NCBI GenBank assembly: GCA_022605425.2
Contig: CM061247.1
Coordinates: 1,426,001 to 1,490,000 of the forward strand
Direction: 5' to 3'
Source: Hamiltosporidium tvaerminnensis FI-OER-3-3
Lineage: Eukaryota > Fungi > Microsporidia
Length of the DNA stretch: 64,000 bases
Part shown: positions 38,301 to 50,800 of the stretch, in pieces
Layout: each line of letters starts with the position of its first letter
Numbering within the stretch: the stretch's first letter is position 1
Program-made: the position numbers and the translations under genes
Notes under the pieces: model-generated
What the model was told of the DNA's origin: nothing
Database searches by the model: none
What the model saw: only the letters and a program-made list of their open reading frames with translations

Positions 38301-40247
38301 ATGAAAATGGTTTATTTACACAAAAACAAATCAATAAAAACATATCTTAAAAAACCAATAAACATCCTAATATTCATTACATTCTTCATCTACACATACA
38401 TCGTAAAACTTATACAAAATATCCTCAAATTTATAAACTCCCATCCAATTATTTACATATATCTTCTCAAATTTACACTCACAATCCTCAAATTTACATT
38501 CCTAAAACAAAACATAAATCTAAAATTAAAATATTATGAAATAGAACAATTCTATGAACATATATTACCAATAAAATACATACTATCATACAACCTAAAG
38601 AACAAAACATACACATTATCAAATATATTTCCATCTTTTCTATTTCTTCTATTATTTATTAATTATTTATATTCCTCTTTTGAATACAAATTTATCTGTA
38701 ATTTATATTTCATATTTGAAATATTCTTTGAAAATGAATATATCGATTATAAACCTGAATATATTTATATAAAAGATATTCTTTTATATTTTTTACGAGA
38801 TATTATGATAACAGAAGATATTTCTTCAGAAGTAAAATTTATATTCCAATATCTGTTTATATTTTTCATATTTTTGTGGTCATTTACAATGATTAATTTT
38901 AAACATAAAAATTTAATACTCAGAATAAGAAACCATATATATATTTTATCTAAGCCTTTCTATAATAGTATGGATTTTTCAAATAGAATTTCCTCAATAA
39001 GAAATAATTTATACATTTTCTCAAACCTATTCAATAATATAAGATATTTAAATCTGTTAAATAGAATTTCCTCAATAAGAAATAATTTATACATTTTCTC
39101 AAACCTATTCAATAATATAAGATATTTAAATCTGTTAAATAGAATTTCCTCAATAAGAAATAATTTATACATTTTCTCAAACCTATTCAATAATATAAGA
39201 TATTTAAATCTGTTAAATATAATTTCCTCAATAAGAAATAATTTATACATTTTCTCAAACCTATTCAATAATATAAGATATTTAAATTTTTCAACCAAAC
39301 TATACAACCACACATCCATAATTATATCTCATTACTCAAAACACTTTTTAAATATAAAATTCTTTTTAGAATTTTTACCAATTTTAATAATTAATTTAGA
39401 TAATATATTACTAAATATAGAAATAAATAAATTTGAAAAAAAAATAATTCTTCAAAATATAATTGTATCTTCTCAAATACAAAATATATTTAATATTTTA
39501 AACACTATAACACATTTTATACCAAAAGAATACCAACAAGTATTTAGAAAGTATATTTCATATTATTTTATTTACATTTCATTTATTCTTCAATATTTTA
39601 GTAATTTAGAACCTAACACAATACTTACAGATATAAAAAGTAGCAAAGGTAATAATATGATAGATAGTAATACTAATAGTAATAGAGATAGTAATAGTAA
39701 TAGAGATAGTAATAGTAATAGAGATAGTAATATGTTTGATAGTATTACTAATAGCACTAATAGCACTAATAATAGTATTACTACTAATAACAGTAATACC
39801 AATAAACTTACTACTAATAACAGTATTACTAATAATATTACTACCAATATCAGTATTACTAATAACAGTAATATCAGTATTACTTATAATATATCTACAT
39901 ATCTAAGAATTAATAACAATTCTATTATTAATTACTTTTACAACTTTTTATTTCATTCAATTTTATTTAATTTAGATAATATATATTATACACAAGGTAT
40001 AATATATGAATATACTACAAAATCATTTAATAATATTATGATTTCTAAAATAATATATTTAATGAATAGAATAGTTATAAAAGATAATTATTTATTAATT
40101 TATATATTAAGTATATATTTTATATATGTAAGTATTAATATATATTTATATTTATTTATATTCATTTTATCTTTAATAATCGTTTTTTTTATTGAAATAT
40201 TTTTACATTCAAACAGTCTTTTAGAAAATGTAAAAGAAATGATATAA
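38301..40247 (+). CDS. Hypothetical membrane protein with an internal 26-aa repeat and an N/S/T-rich tract
   Basis: 648 aa ORF, CCC motif upstream, several hydrophobic segments. Confidence 0.6.
   Translation: MKMVYLHKNKSIKTYLKKPINILIFITFFIYTYIVKLIQNILKFINSHPIIYIYLLKFTLTILKFTFLKQNINLKLKYYEIEQFYEHILPIKYILSYNLKNKTYTLSNIFPSFLFLLLFINYLYSSFEYKFICNLYFIFEIFFENEYIDYKPEYIYIKDILLYFLRDIMITEDISSEVKFIFQYLFIFFIFLWSFTMINFKHKNLILRIRNHIYILSKPFYNSMDFSNRISSIRNNLYIFSNLFNNIRYLNLLNRISSIRNNLYIFSNLFNNIRYLNLLNRISSIRNNLYIFSNLFNNIRYLNLLNIISSIRNNLYIFSNLFNNIRYLNFSTKLYNHTSIIISHYSKHFLNIKFFLEFLPILIINLDNILLNIEINKFEKKIILQNIIVSSQIQNIFNILNTITHFIPKEYQQVFRKYISYYFIYISFILQYFSNLEPNTILTDIKSSKGNNMIDSNTNSNRDSNSNRDSNSNRDSNMFDSITNSTNSTNNSITTNNSNTNKLTTNNSITNNITTNISITNNSNISITYNISTYLRINNNSIINYFYNFLFHSILFNLDNIYYTQGIIYEYTTKSFNNIMISKIIYLMNRIVIKDNYLLIYILSIYFIYVSINIYLYLFIFILSLIIVFFIEIFLHSNSLLENVKEMI
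38981..39287. repeat. 78-bp coding tandem repeat, ~3.9 copies
   Basis: Near-identical units at 38981, 39059, 39137 and 39215 encoding NRISSIRNNLYIFSNLFNNIRYLNLL. Confidence 0.95.
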
Positions 40248-40595
40248 GAGTATATATAAGAATAAGAGTATATAAGAGTATATATAAGAGTAAGTGTATA
40301 TAAGTGTATATATAAGAGTAAGAGTATATAAGTGTATATAAGATATAAAAGTATAATAAAATTTATAATAAAATCAATATTTAATTATTATATAACCTTT
40401 ATATTAATTAAATTAAATATTTTTATTAAATCAGTATTTAAAAATAAATAAATAATTCACTTAAACTTATATATTATTACTTATATATTATTCATATATA
40501 ATACTAATCTTATTATTATTATTCATATATCTTATTCATAATCCTATCCACTTATCCTATCCACTTATCCTATCCACTTATCCTATCTACTTATC

Positions 40596-41132
40596 CTACT
40601 CATATTCATCATATTTATTTTCTAATTCTAAAATACTCTTTTTAATCTTTGAAGATTCAGACCAACTTATAAAATTATCCATAATTTTACTTACAAGAAT
40701 ACCAGAATCTTTAACAATTTTACTTCCTAATTTAACATGTCCATGTTCTATAAACTTAGAAGCATCTTTAACACTTGTAACCATTTTATTACGAACCATT
40801 AATGTAGACAATCTACGTTCACAAAAATTAGAAACTTTAATTTTGTTACAATCAATTAATTTTTTATTTTGAATTAAACCAATACTAAACAATCGAGAAA
40901 TAAGTAATTTTCCTAAATATTGACGTGTCTCGTCTGTCTCTTTTAATCGAATTAAAGAATTTGTAAGTTTTCGTATGTTTCCTACTATTTTGTTGTATCT
41001 GTTATAATCTTCTCGGTCTTGTAAATAGTATTTTGTAGATAATATATGTTCTCTGGTTGTGTTCGTAGATTTCCATTGTAAAAAATTTACTTTTTTTAAT
41101 AACCGTTGCTCATGATATTTCAATTTTCTCAT
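40596..41132 (-). CDS. IMP3: U3 snoRNP protein IMP3 (S4 domain)
   Basis: MRKLKYHEQRLLKKVNFLQWK; FCERRL...FIEHGHVKLG; ISW..SKIK. Confidence 0.97.
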   Translation of the reverse strand: MRKLKYHEQRLLKKVNFLQWKSTNTTREHILSTKYYLQDREDYNRYNKIVGNIRKLTNSLIRLKETDETRQYLGKLLISRLFSIGLIQNKKLIDCNKIKVSNFCERRLSTLMVRNKMVTSVKDASKFIEHGHVKLGSKIVKDSGILVSKIMDNFISWSESSKIKKSILELENKYDEYE

Positions 41133-41219
41133 TTTTTTTTCTTTTTGGGTGAAAAAAATGGATTTTATATTTAAAAAAGTCGTTTTTTCTTTATTAACAG
41201 TAAAAAAGAACAGAAATAA

Positions 41220-41750
41220 AGGGTTATAGTATTTAAGGGGTGTTAACTTATAGTGTTGTTATTTAAGGGGTGTTATCCTATAGTGTTGTTATTTAAGGGG
41301 TGTTATCTTATAGTGTTGTTATTTAAGGGGTGTTATCTTATAGTGTTCTTATTAAAGTATGTTAATTATCAGTAGTATTACTAACACCCTTAACGTTACT
41401 ATTATTATTACTAACACCCTTAACGTTACTATTATTATTACTAACACCCTATAGTCTACTACTCTTATCACCCTTTTAACTACTACTTTCTATCCTTATA
41501 ACTAACACCCTTATAGCCTCACTCCTTATAACTAAAACCCTTATAACATCTATCCTTATAACTAACACCCTTTATCACCTCACTCCTTATAACTAACACC
41601 CTTATAACCTCTATCCTTTTAACTAACACAAATCTAACTAACACCCTCCTCAACCAATATACTCCTCTATCACCTCACTCCTTATAATATAACACCCCCT
41701 CTCCCCATACCCTACTCTACCATTCCCCCTATAATATAACACCCCCATAC
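41220..41750. repeat. Intergenic GGGGTGTTA (30-bp) repeats followed by TAACACCC (30/40-bp) repeats
   Basis: atttaaggggtgtt x4 (41231-41335), then repeated ctaacacc (41381-41645). Confidence 0.9.
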
Positions 41751-41839
41751 TCCTCACTCTACAAATCACCTTTAAAACATTTGTTTTATTCCTTTATACT
41801 TAAAACCCACCCAAAAAAACCCATACAAAATAAAAAAAA

Positions 41840-44800
41840 ATGTTCAAAAGTATAGCAACAGCACTTCTAAACAGAATATTAGGAAATTACATAGAAAATT
41901 TAAACAGAAAGCAATTAAAAATAGGTATTTGGAACGGTAAAGTAGAAATGTCAAACATTATATTAAAACTACCACCTACTCTTTCCTCTACATATTTTAC
42001 ACTAATTAAAGGTACAATACAATCCCTTTCACTTACCATTCCCTGGTCAAATATTTCTAAAAATTTTTCTTTTCTTGAAATTACCAACATACAAATTACA
42101 TTGTTAACAGGTATTACAGATCCTTATAAAATTAAGAAATATATTATTGAAGCATTAACCGAGAAGATAATCAAGAGTATAAGTGAGGGTATAAGTGAGG
42201 GTATAAGTGAGGGTAGTAGATATGATAATAATAATAGAGGTACTAGTAGTAGAGATACTAACAATAATAACAGAATAGATACTAACAGTAATAACAGAAT
42301 AGATACTAACAGTAATAACAGAATAGATACTAACAATACCTTTATTACTAGAATTGTTGCTAAAATATTAAATAATTTACAAATTATTATTAAAGAAATA
42401 GAAATACGTGTTATTACACTAGAAGGACATATTTTTAAGTTTAAAATAGATTTAATTAAAATGAAAAGTTGTAATTCAAAGTGGGATATGATAGAGGGTG
42501 TTAGTGATAGGGATATGATGGAGGGTATAAGGGGTGTTAGTGATAGAGGTAGTGGAGTAGAGGGTGTTAGTGATAGTACTAATGAACAACACCCTGTTAA
42601 TAATAGTATTAATGAACAACACCCTGTTAATAATAGTATCAATGAACAACACCCTGTTAATAATAGTACTAATGAACAACACCCTGTTAGTGATAGTATT
42701 AATGAACAACACCCTGTTAGTGATAGTACCAGTCAACACCCTGTTAATAATGACACTAATACACAACACCCTGTTAATAATAGTACTAATGAACATCACC
42801 CTATAAATAACAATACTACTCATCACCCTGTTAATAATAGTACTAATGAACATCACCCTGTTAATAATAGTATCAATGAACAACACCCTGTTAATAATAG
42901 TATCAATGAACAACACCCTATAAATAACAATACTACTCATCACCCTATAAATAACAATACTACTCATCACCCTGTTAATAACAATACTACTCATCACCCT
43001 GTTAATAACAATACTACTCATCACCCTGTTAATAACAATACTACTCATCACCCTATAAATAACAATACTTTTAAAATAATACATGTTAAAGGATTCTCTA
43101 TAAATATAAATAATTACCTTTTATTTGATTTAGAAATAATAACAATAAAATGTACAATAAATAATAAAAACCTTTTATTTAAAACAGATATAGAAATACC
43201 AAATATAAATACAGAATTAACAATAGATTCTTATAAAAAGGTTATTGAATTTATACATACGATTTTAGTTGAAAAAAATAAAAATGAAAATTTAATGATT
43301 AAAAGTATTAACAGTAAGATTTTAGAAATAGAAGAGTTTATAAGGAAAGGGGGTGTTAATGATAAGAGTAGTGTAATAGGGGGTGTTAATGATAAGAGTA
43401 GTGTGATAGGGGGTGTTAATTATAAGGATAGTGTAATAGAGGGTGTTAATGATAGTACTAATGAACAACACCCTTTATATATAAGTACAGATGTACAACA
43501 CCCTTTATATATAAGTACTAATGAACAACACCCTGTTAACAATAAGACTAATGAACAACACCCTGTTAACAATGTATATAATACACAACACCCTGTTAAC
43601 AATCAGACTAACGAACAACACCCTGTTATCAATGTATATAATACACAACACCACGTTAATAACAACACTAATGAACAACACCCTGTTAACAATCAGACTA
43701 ATGAACAACACCCTGTTAACACCACTACCCCTAATATAACTCTTAACACTACCCCTAATATAAATACCCACATATGGAATTTAATTTATCAAATATATTT
43801 TGAAAAATACAAAATAAATACATTTGATAGAAATGACACTTTAAATATTTTAAAAGAAAATGAGAAGTATTGTGACCTTTACAGAAAGAAAATAAATAAA
43901 AAAATAAAAAAAGAAGAAGAAATAGAATTAAATGAATTTGAAAATAAAAATTTAATAAAAAAAATTATTAATTTACGAAATGAAGTTCTTCATGAAAAAA
44001 CACCTAAAAAAAGCTTCTTTTCATATTTTTGGAACAAAAAAATCAGTAAAGAAGATAAAAAAGAAATTTACAAAGTAATAGAATATACAGACAGCAAAGG
44101 TTAGTATAGTTGGAGAAGTGGATAGTAAAGATAGTAAAGGTAGTGTAAATGCTTTAAGTAATGTAGATAGTGGATAGGAAAGATACTGTAAATACTTTAG
44201 ATACGAATACTAATAACAATAATCTTACTCTTCCTACTTCTCCTTACTTAGACTCTGACTCTTTAGAATATGTAGATGCCTTAGAACCAAGTGATGAGAC
44301 ATATAAGAAACTAACAAGAGAAGTAGATAATAAAGAAAATGGTAGTAGAGAAATAGATAGTAAAGAAATAGATAATAAAGAAGTAGGTAGAAGAGAAGTA
44401 GGTAGTAGAGAAATAGGTAGTAGAGAAAAAGATAGTAAACAATCAATATCTAAAAAATACGTTTGTAATTTTTTAGTTAAAAATTTTAATTTTAATTTCA
44501 AGGTAAATGAAAATATTAAATATTCTATTTCTATAGAAAATTTAGAATCTTTTATAAGTAAAGAAGGAAGAAGTATTGATTTATCTTTAAGTGTTTATAA
44601 TTTTAATATATTTTATAAGAAATATGATAAGACATATAAAATATTAAGGAATAAGAGGGGAGTAGAGGGTAGTACTAGTAAGGAAGAGGGTGTTAGTGAT
44701 AGAGGTAGTAAGGAAGAGGGTGTTAGTGAATAGGGGTAGTAAGGAAGAGGGTGTTAGTAATAGAGGTAGTAAGGAAGAGGGTGTTAGTTATAGTACTAGT

Positions 44801-47800
44801 AAACAAAGGGGTGTTAGTAACAGTACTAGATAAACAAAAGGGTGTTAGTAACAGTACTAGTAAACAAAAGGGTGTTAGTAATACTAACAACAATACTACT
44901 AACTTTTGTAATGTTATTTATATTAAGGAGAAGAATACTTTAAATATTTTTATAAATGAAATGAAAATATTGAATTTTAAAAAAATATTTCTTTTATTTG
45001 ATAAATTAAAAAATAATAAAATAAATGAAATAATAAGACTTTTAAGTATAAAGGATATTTTAGAGGGTGATAGTGGAGGGGGTGTTAATAATAGTGGGGA
45101 TAGGGGTGTTAATGATAGGGATAGTAAACAACAGGGTGTTAATAAGAGTAGTATGTATTTTGGGGGTGTTAATGATAAGGATAGTAAACAACAGGGTGTT
45201 AATAAGAGTAGTAAAGAAGAGGGTGTTAATGATAAGGGTAGTAAAATAGAGGGTGTTAATGATAAGGGTAGTAAGGAAGGGGGTGTTAATAATAAGGATA
45301 GTAAACAACAGGGTGTTAATGATAAGGATAGTAAGCAAGAGGGTGTTAACGGTAGTACCAATAATTATCACCCTCTTAATAACAATACTAATAATTATCA
45401 CCCTCTTAATAACAATACTACACAATCAACACCCCTTTAATAATAACCTCACTATAGTCTTAAATATTAGAAAACCTAAAATATCAATTTCTAAATACGT
45501 GTTAAGAGAAATGGGTTTTATATTAATAAATCAAAGTATAAATATTAAATGTAAAGAAATAATACTTAATAGTGTTATTTGTATGAAGAATAAGTTTAAT
45601 TTACAAGTAAAAGATTTAGAAATATTTATATTTAAAAATAGAATTAAAGAGTATATTGTTAATAAGATACCTATAGAAATAACAGGTAGTATAGTAGATA
45701 GTGTTATAGGTTGTTATGATATAGGAAAGGGGGAGGGTAGTGGAGTAGAGGGTGTTAATGATAAAGGTAGTGTATTAGAGGGTGTTAAGGATACAGGTAG
45801 TATGGAAGGGGGTGTTAGTGATAGAGGTAGTAAACAACAGGGTGTTAGTGATAGTAGTGTATTAGAGGGGGTTAATGATAGTACTAGTAAACAAGAGGGT
45901 TTTAACTATACTACTGACCAGCAACACCCCTTTAACAATACTACTAACCAGCAACACCCCTTTAACAACCTACCTAATCAACAACACCCCTTTAGTAATA
46001 CTACTCTTTCTGTTCTACACTTAGACTCTTGTATTGATAAATTACGTATTAAGATACCTAAAGACCTTTTATTTATAAGAAGTAGTAATATAAAGGGTGT
46101 TAATAACAATACAGGTAACTTACACCCTGTTAATAACAATACCACATATTACCCTGTTAATAACAACACATACAATCAACACCCTGTTAATAACAACACT
46201 GATATACAACACCCCTTTAGTAACAACACTGATATACAACACCCCTTTAGTAACAATACTGATATACAACACCCTGTTAACAACAACACATACAATCAAC
46301 ACCCTGTTAACAACAACACATACAATCAACACCCTGTTAATAACAATACCACACAACACCCTCTTAATAACACTAGACTTACCTTTAACTTATCTATAAA
46401 CAATCTTATATTAGATTTACCTTTTATTTCTTATAAATTAAAAGGTAAAGAAATAACATTAGTTAGTGATTTAAATGTAGAAATATTTACTTTTAATTTT
46501 AATATAAAAGGTAATAAATTAAAAGGGTGTTATAGAAGAGATAAGTGGACAAAAAATATTTTTTATAATTTTAATGATTTTAGATTTAAAGGTAATGAAT
46601 ATGTTGTTAAGTTAAAGAAGGAAATAGAAGAGATGCTTATGTTTATAAAGGGTGGTAGAGATAATAGTGTGTTAGGGGGTGTTAATGATAAGAGTAGGAT
46701 AGAGGGTGTTAATAATAAGGATAGGATAGAGGATGTTAATGATAAGGATACTGAACAACACCCTGTTAACTATACTACTGATAAACAACACCCCTTTAGT
46801 AACAGTAGTAATCAGCAACACCCTGTTAATTATACTATTGATAAACAACACCCTGTTAATTATACTACTGATAAACAACACCCCTTTAGTAACAGTAGTA
46901 ATCAGCAACACCCTGTTAATTATACTATTGATAAACAACACCCTGTTAACTATACTACTCATAAACAACACCCTGTTAATTATACTACTGATAAACAACA
47001 CCCTGTTAACAATACTACTGATAAACAACACCCTGTTAACAACACCCTTTTATTTACTAACCTACGTCTTAATATAATAACACCTCTTATTTCCATACTA
47101 ATAAAAGTAAAAGAAATTAAAAACAAAAATATAAAGAAAATATTAATAAAGACAAATAACACCCTGTTAAATATAAGTAAAATATCACTTATAAATAACA
47201 CCATAACTAATATACGTATTATTAAAGATGAAAGTACAGATAAAGATATATTTTATATTTTACAATTCTTAAAAGAATTAGAAATAATACCTTTTACTTC
47301 TAACAGTTCAGAAGAAGAAGTATTTATTATAAGAAATGTTAAAATTATTTCTTATTTCTCTCTTTCTTTATATTCTAAGGTTATATTTAAAAGTAAAAAT
47401 ATTTATATTTTATTTAAAAAGGATTCATTAAGAATAGAGATACCTATATCAATAGGTGTTAGTGATAGTGAATTAGAGGGTTTTAGTGATAGTAGTAGGT
47501 TAGAGGGTGTTAATGATAGTGGAATAGAGGGTGTTATTGATAGGTAGTAGGTTAGAGGGTGTTAACCTAAGTAACTATAATTATAAGGGTGTTAACATAA
47601 GTACTAATAAACAACACCCCTATAACACTAACAATACTACTTATCACCCCTTTAACACTAATAATACTACACAACACCCCTATAACACTAACAATACTAC
47701 ACAACACCCCTTTAACACTACTATTAATACTTTAAATGTCTCTCTTGTTATTTTAAAAGATACTAATGGTTTAATAATAACACCTGTTATTACTGGTAGT

Positions 47801-50800
47801 ATAGATAATGAGTTTTATCGTATTTTAACAAGAAATATATTAGAAATTATAGAAATAACACTTAATATTATAGATTGTTTACTTATTAAAAGTAAAGAAA
47901 CTACTTTTAATTTTAATATTTTACCTTTAGTATGTGTTAGGTTATATTGTATTATTGGTAATAGTGTAATAGAGTTAGGGGTGTTAGATAGTAGTATAGA
48001 GATAAAGGGTGTTAGTGGTAATAGTTTTATAAAGGAAGAAGGGGGTGTTAATGATACAGGAGTGGATAAGGATAGGGGTAATGGATTAGAGGGTGTTAAG
48101 GATAAGGATATGTAAGAGGGTGTTAAGGATAAGGATAGAATATAAGGGGTGTTAATGATAAGGGTAGTAATATAAAGGGTGTTAGGGATAAGAGTACTAA
48201 TATAAAGGGTGTTAGGGATAAGAGTAATAAAGATAGTTATAAGGGTAGTAATAAGGGTAGTTATAAAAGTAACAAGGAATTACTAGATGCCTTATTAAAG
48301 GGTATTAATAACAATACTAACAACTATAATAATAACACTACTAATAACACTTCTAATACTACCCCTTTAGATGTTATTTCTACTGATTTTATATATCAAC
48401 AGTTTATAGAGAATTACCCTTTAATAGATATATTAACACCCTTTCTTTTACTTACAATTAATATTAAAGAAATAAGTCTTAAGCCTATAAAATATTACTG
48501 TAATATAAAGGGTGTTAGTGACTATAAGGATATAAAGGGTGTTAATGATAAGAGTAATATATTAGAGAATATAAAGGGTGTTAATGATAAGGATAATATA
48601 TTAGAGAATCTAAAGGGTGTTAATGATAAGGATATAGAAGAGGGTTTAAATTATAAGGATATAAGAGGTGTTAGTGATAAGTATAATCAAGAAGAGGGTG
48701 TTAGTGATAGGGATATAGATGAGGGTGTTAATGACAAGAGTAATGATTATAAGGATAATCAAGAAGAGGGTGTTAGTGATAAGGATAATCAAGAAGAGGG
48801 TGTTAGTGATAGGGATATAGATGAGGGTGTTAATGACAAGAGTAATGATTATAAGGATAATCAAGAAGAGGGTGTTAGTGATAGGGATATAGATGAGGGT
48901 GTTAATTATAAGAGTAATGATTATAAGTATAATCGAGAAGAGGGTGTTAATGATAGGGATATAAAGGGTGTTAATTATAAGAGTAATGACTATAAGTATA
49001 ATCGAGAAGAGGGTGTTAATGATAAGGACATAAAGGGTGTTAATTATAAGAGTAATGAACATAACCCCTTTATTCTTATTACTAATTCTACTATTATTAT
49101 ACTTAAAGGTACTTTAGGTATTAACACCCATATATCTATAAGAAATATAAATACTTTACAATCACTTACAATACTTCTTCTTATAAAACAATCATTTATA
49201 ACACCTGATTTTTCATATGGTATACCTACATTATTAACACCTTTTAATATATATCTTAAAATATATAATATAGAGTATACAACAGTAGAATACGATAGTG
49301 TAGTAAAGGGTGTTAATGTAGAGGGTGTTAGGGATAGTGGTATGGTAGAGGGCGTTAGCGATAGTACATATAATTATAACACTGTTAGCGACAGTACTAA
49401 CACACAACACCCCTTTAACAACACTACTAACACACAACACCCCTTTAACAACAGTGCTAACACACAACACCCCTTTAACAACAGTGCTAATACACAACAC
49501 CCCTTTAACAACAGTGATACTAAACAAGACCCCTTTAACAACACTAATACACAACACCCCTTTAACAACAGTACTAATACCCCCACTACCAATATTAACA
49601 CCCCCACTACCCCCACTAACACCCCCACTACCCCCACTAACACCCCCACTACCAACACTAACACCCTCATTCTCTCTAATCTCACGTTAACACCCACTGG
49701 CTTACAACTATTTATTACTAAAATAACACCATTCTATTACACTAACACCCCTTTAAGACTTAAAGTATCCTTTATTATAAATCCCCAGTCAGTAACAACA
49801 AGAATAACAATAAGTGATTGTAATATAAAATTAAAAATAAAAAATATAAATGAAATACAATCTCTTATAAATTACACCTTAAAAGAAATAAAGAAATATA
49901 CCTTTTATTCTATAGAAAATAGAATATCAATAATATCTTTAATATTATTTGATAATACAATAATTATATGTAAGAATAACGGGTCTTATTTTATAAAAGT
50001 ATTATTAAATTTTATATCAATAACAATAGAAAATGAAATTATTTGTAAGTGTGTTATAGGGGTGTTATATTATGATAATTATTTATTAGATTATTACCCT
50101 TTAATTGATCAATTTAGTATAAATATAAGTGTTATTAATGAAATTATAAGTGTTAATAGTAAAGAAGTAATAAGAGGTGTTATTAGTGATGGGTTGTTAA
50201 GGGAAATAAGGTATTTTAATAGTTTAGGTGTTAAGAATATACTTTATAATTATAGTTGTAGTGATATGGTTATAAGGACAATAAGTAAGATATTAAAGGT
50301 AGTAGGTAATAGTAGGGGTGTTAGTAATAGGGATAGTAGGGATATGGTAGAGGGTGTTAGTAACAATAGGGATAGTAAAGAGGGTGTTAGTAATGGGGAT
50401 ATGGTAGATAGTAAACAACAGGGTGTTAATATAAGTACTAGTGAACAACAGGGTGTTAATATTAGTACTAGTGAACAACAGGGTGTTAGTAATGGGGATA
50501 TGGTAGATGGTAAACAACAGGGTGTTAATGACAGTACTAATCCTTTACACCCCGTTAATGACAGTACTAGTAAACAACAGGGTGTTAATATAAGTAGTAA
50601 TACTACCAATGAACAACACCCCCTTAGTAACACTACTAACAATAACACCCCCACTAACACCTGTTACTTTACTGATAATATAGCTACTCTTACTATTAAC
50701 AATACTGTTTTATATTTACCTTTAAATAAGGAAGGTACAAATTTATATACATTTAACACCTCTTTACTTGCTATAGAAATAACACTATCAGAATTAAAAA

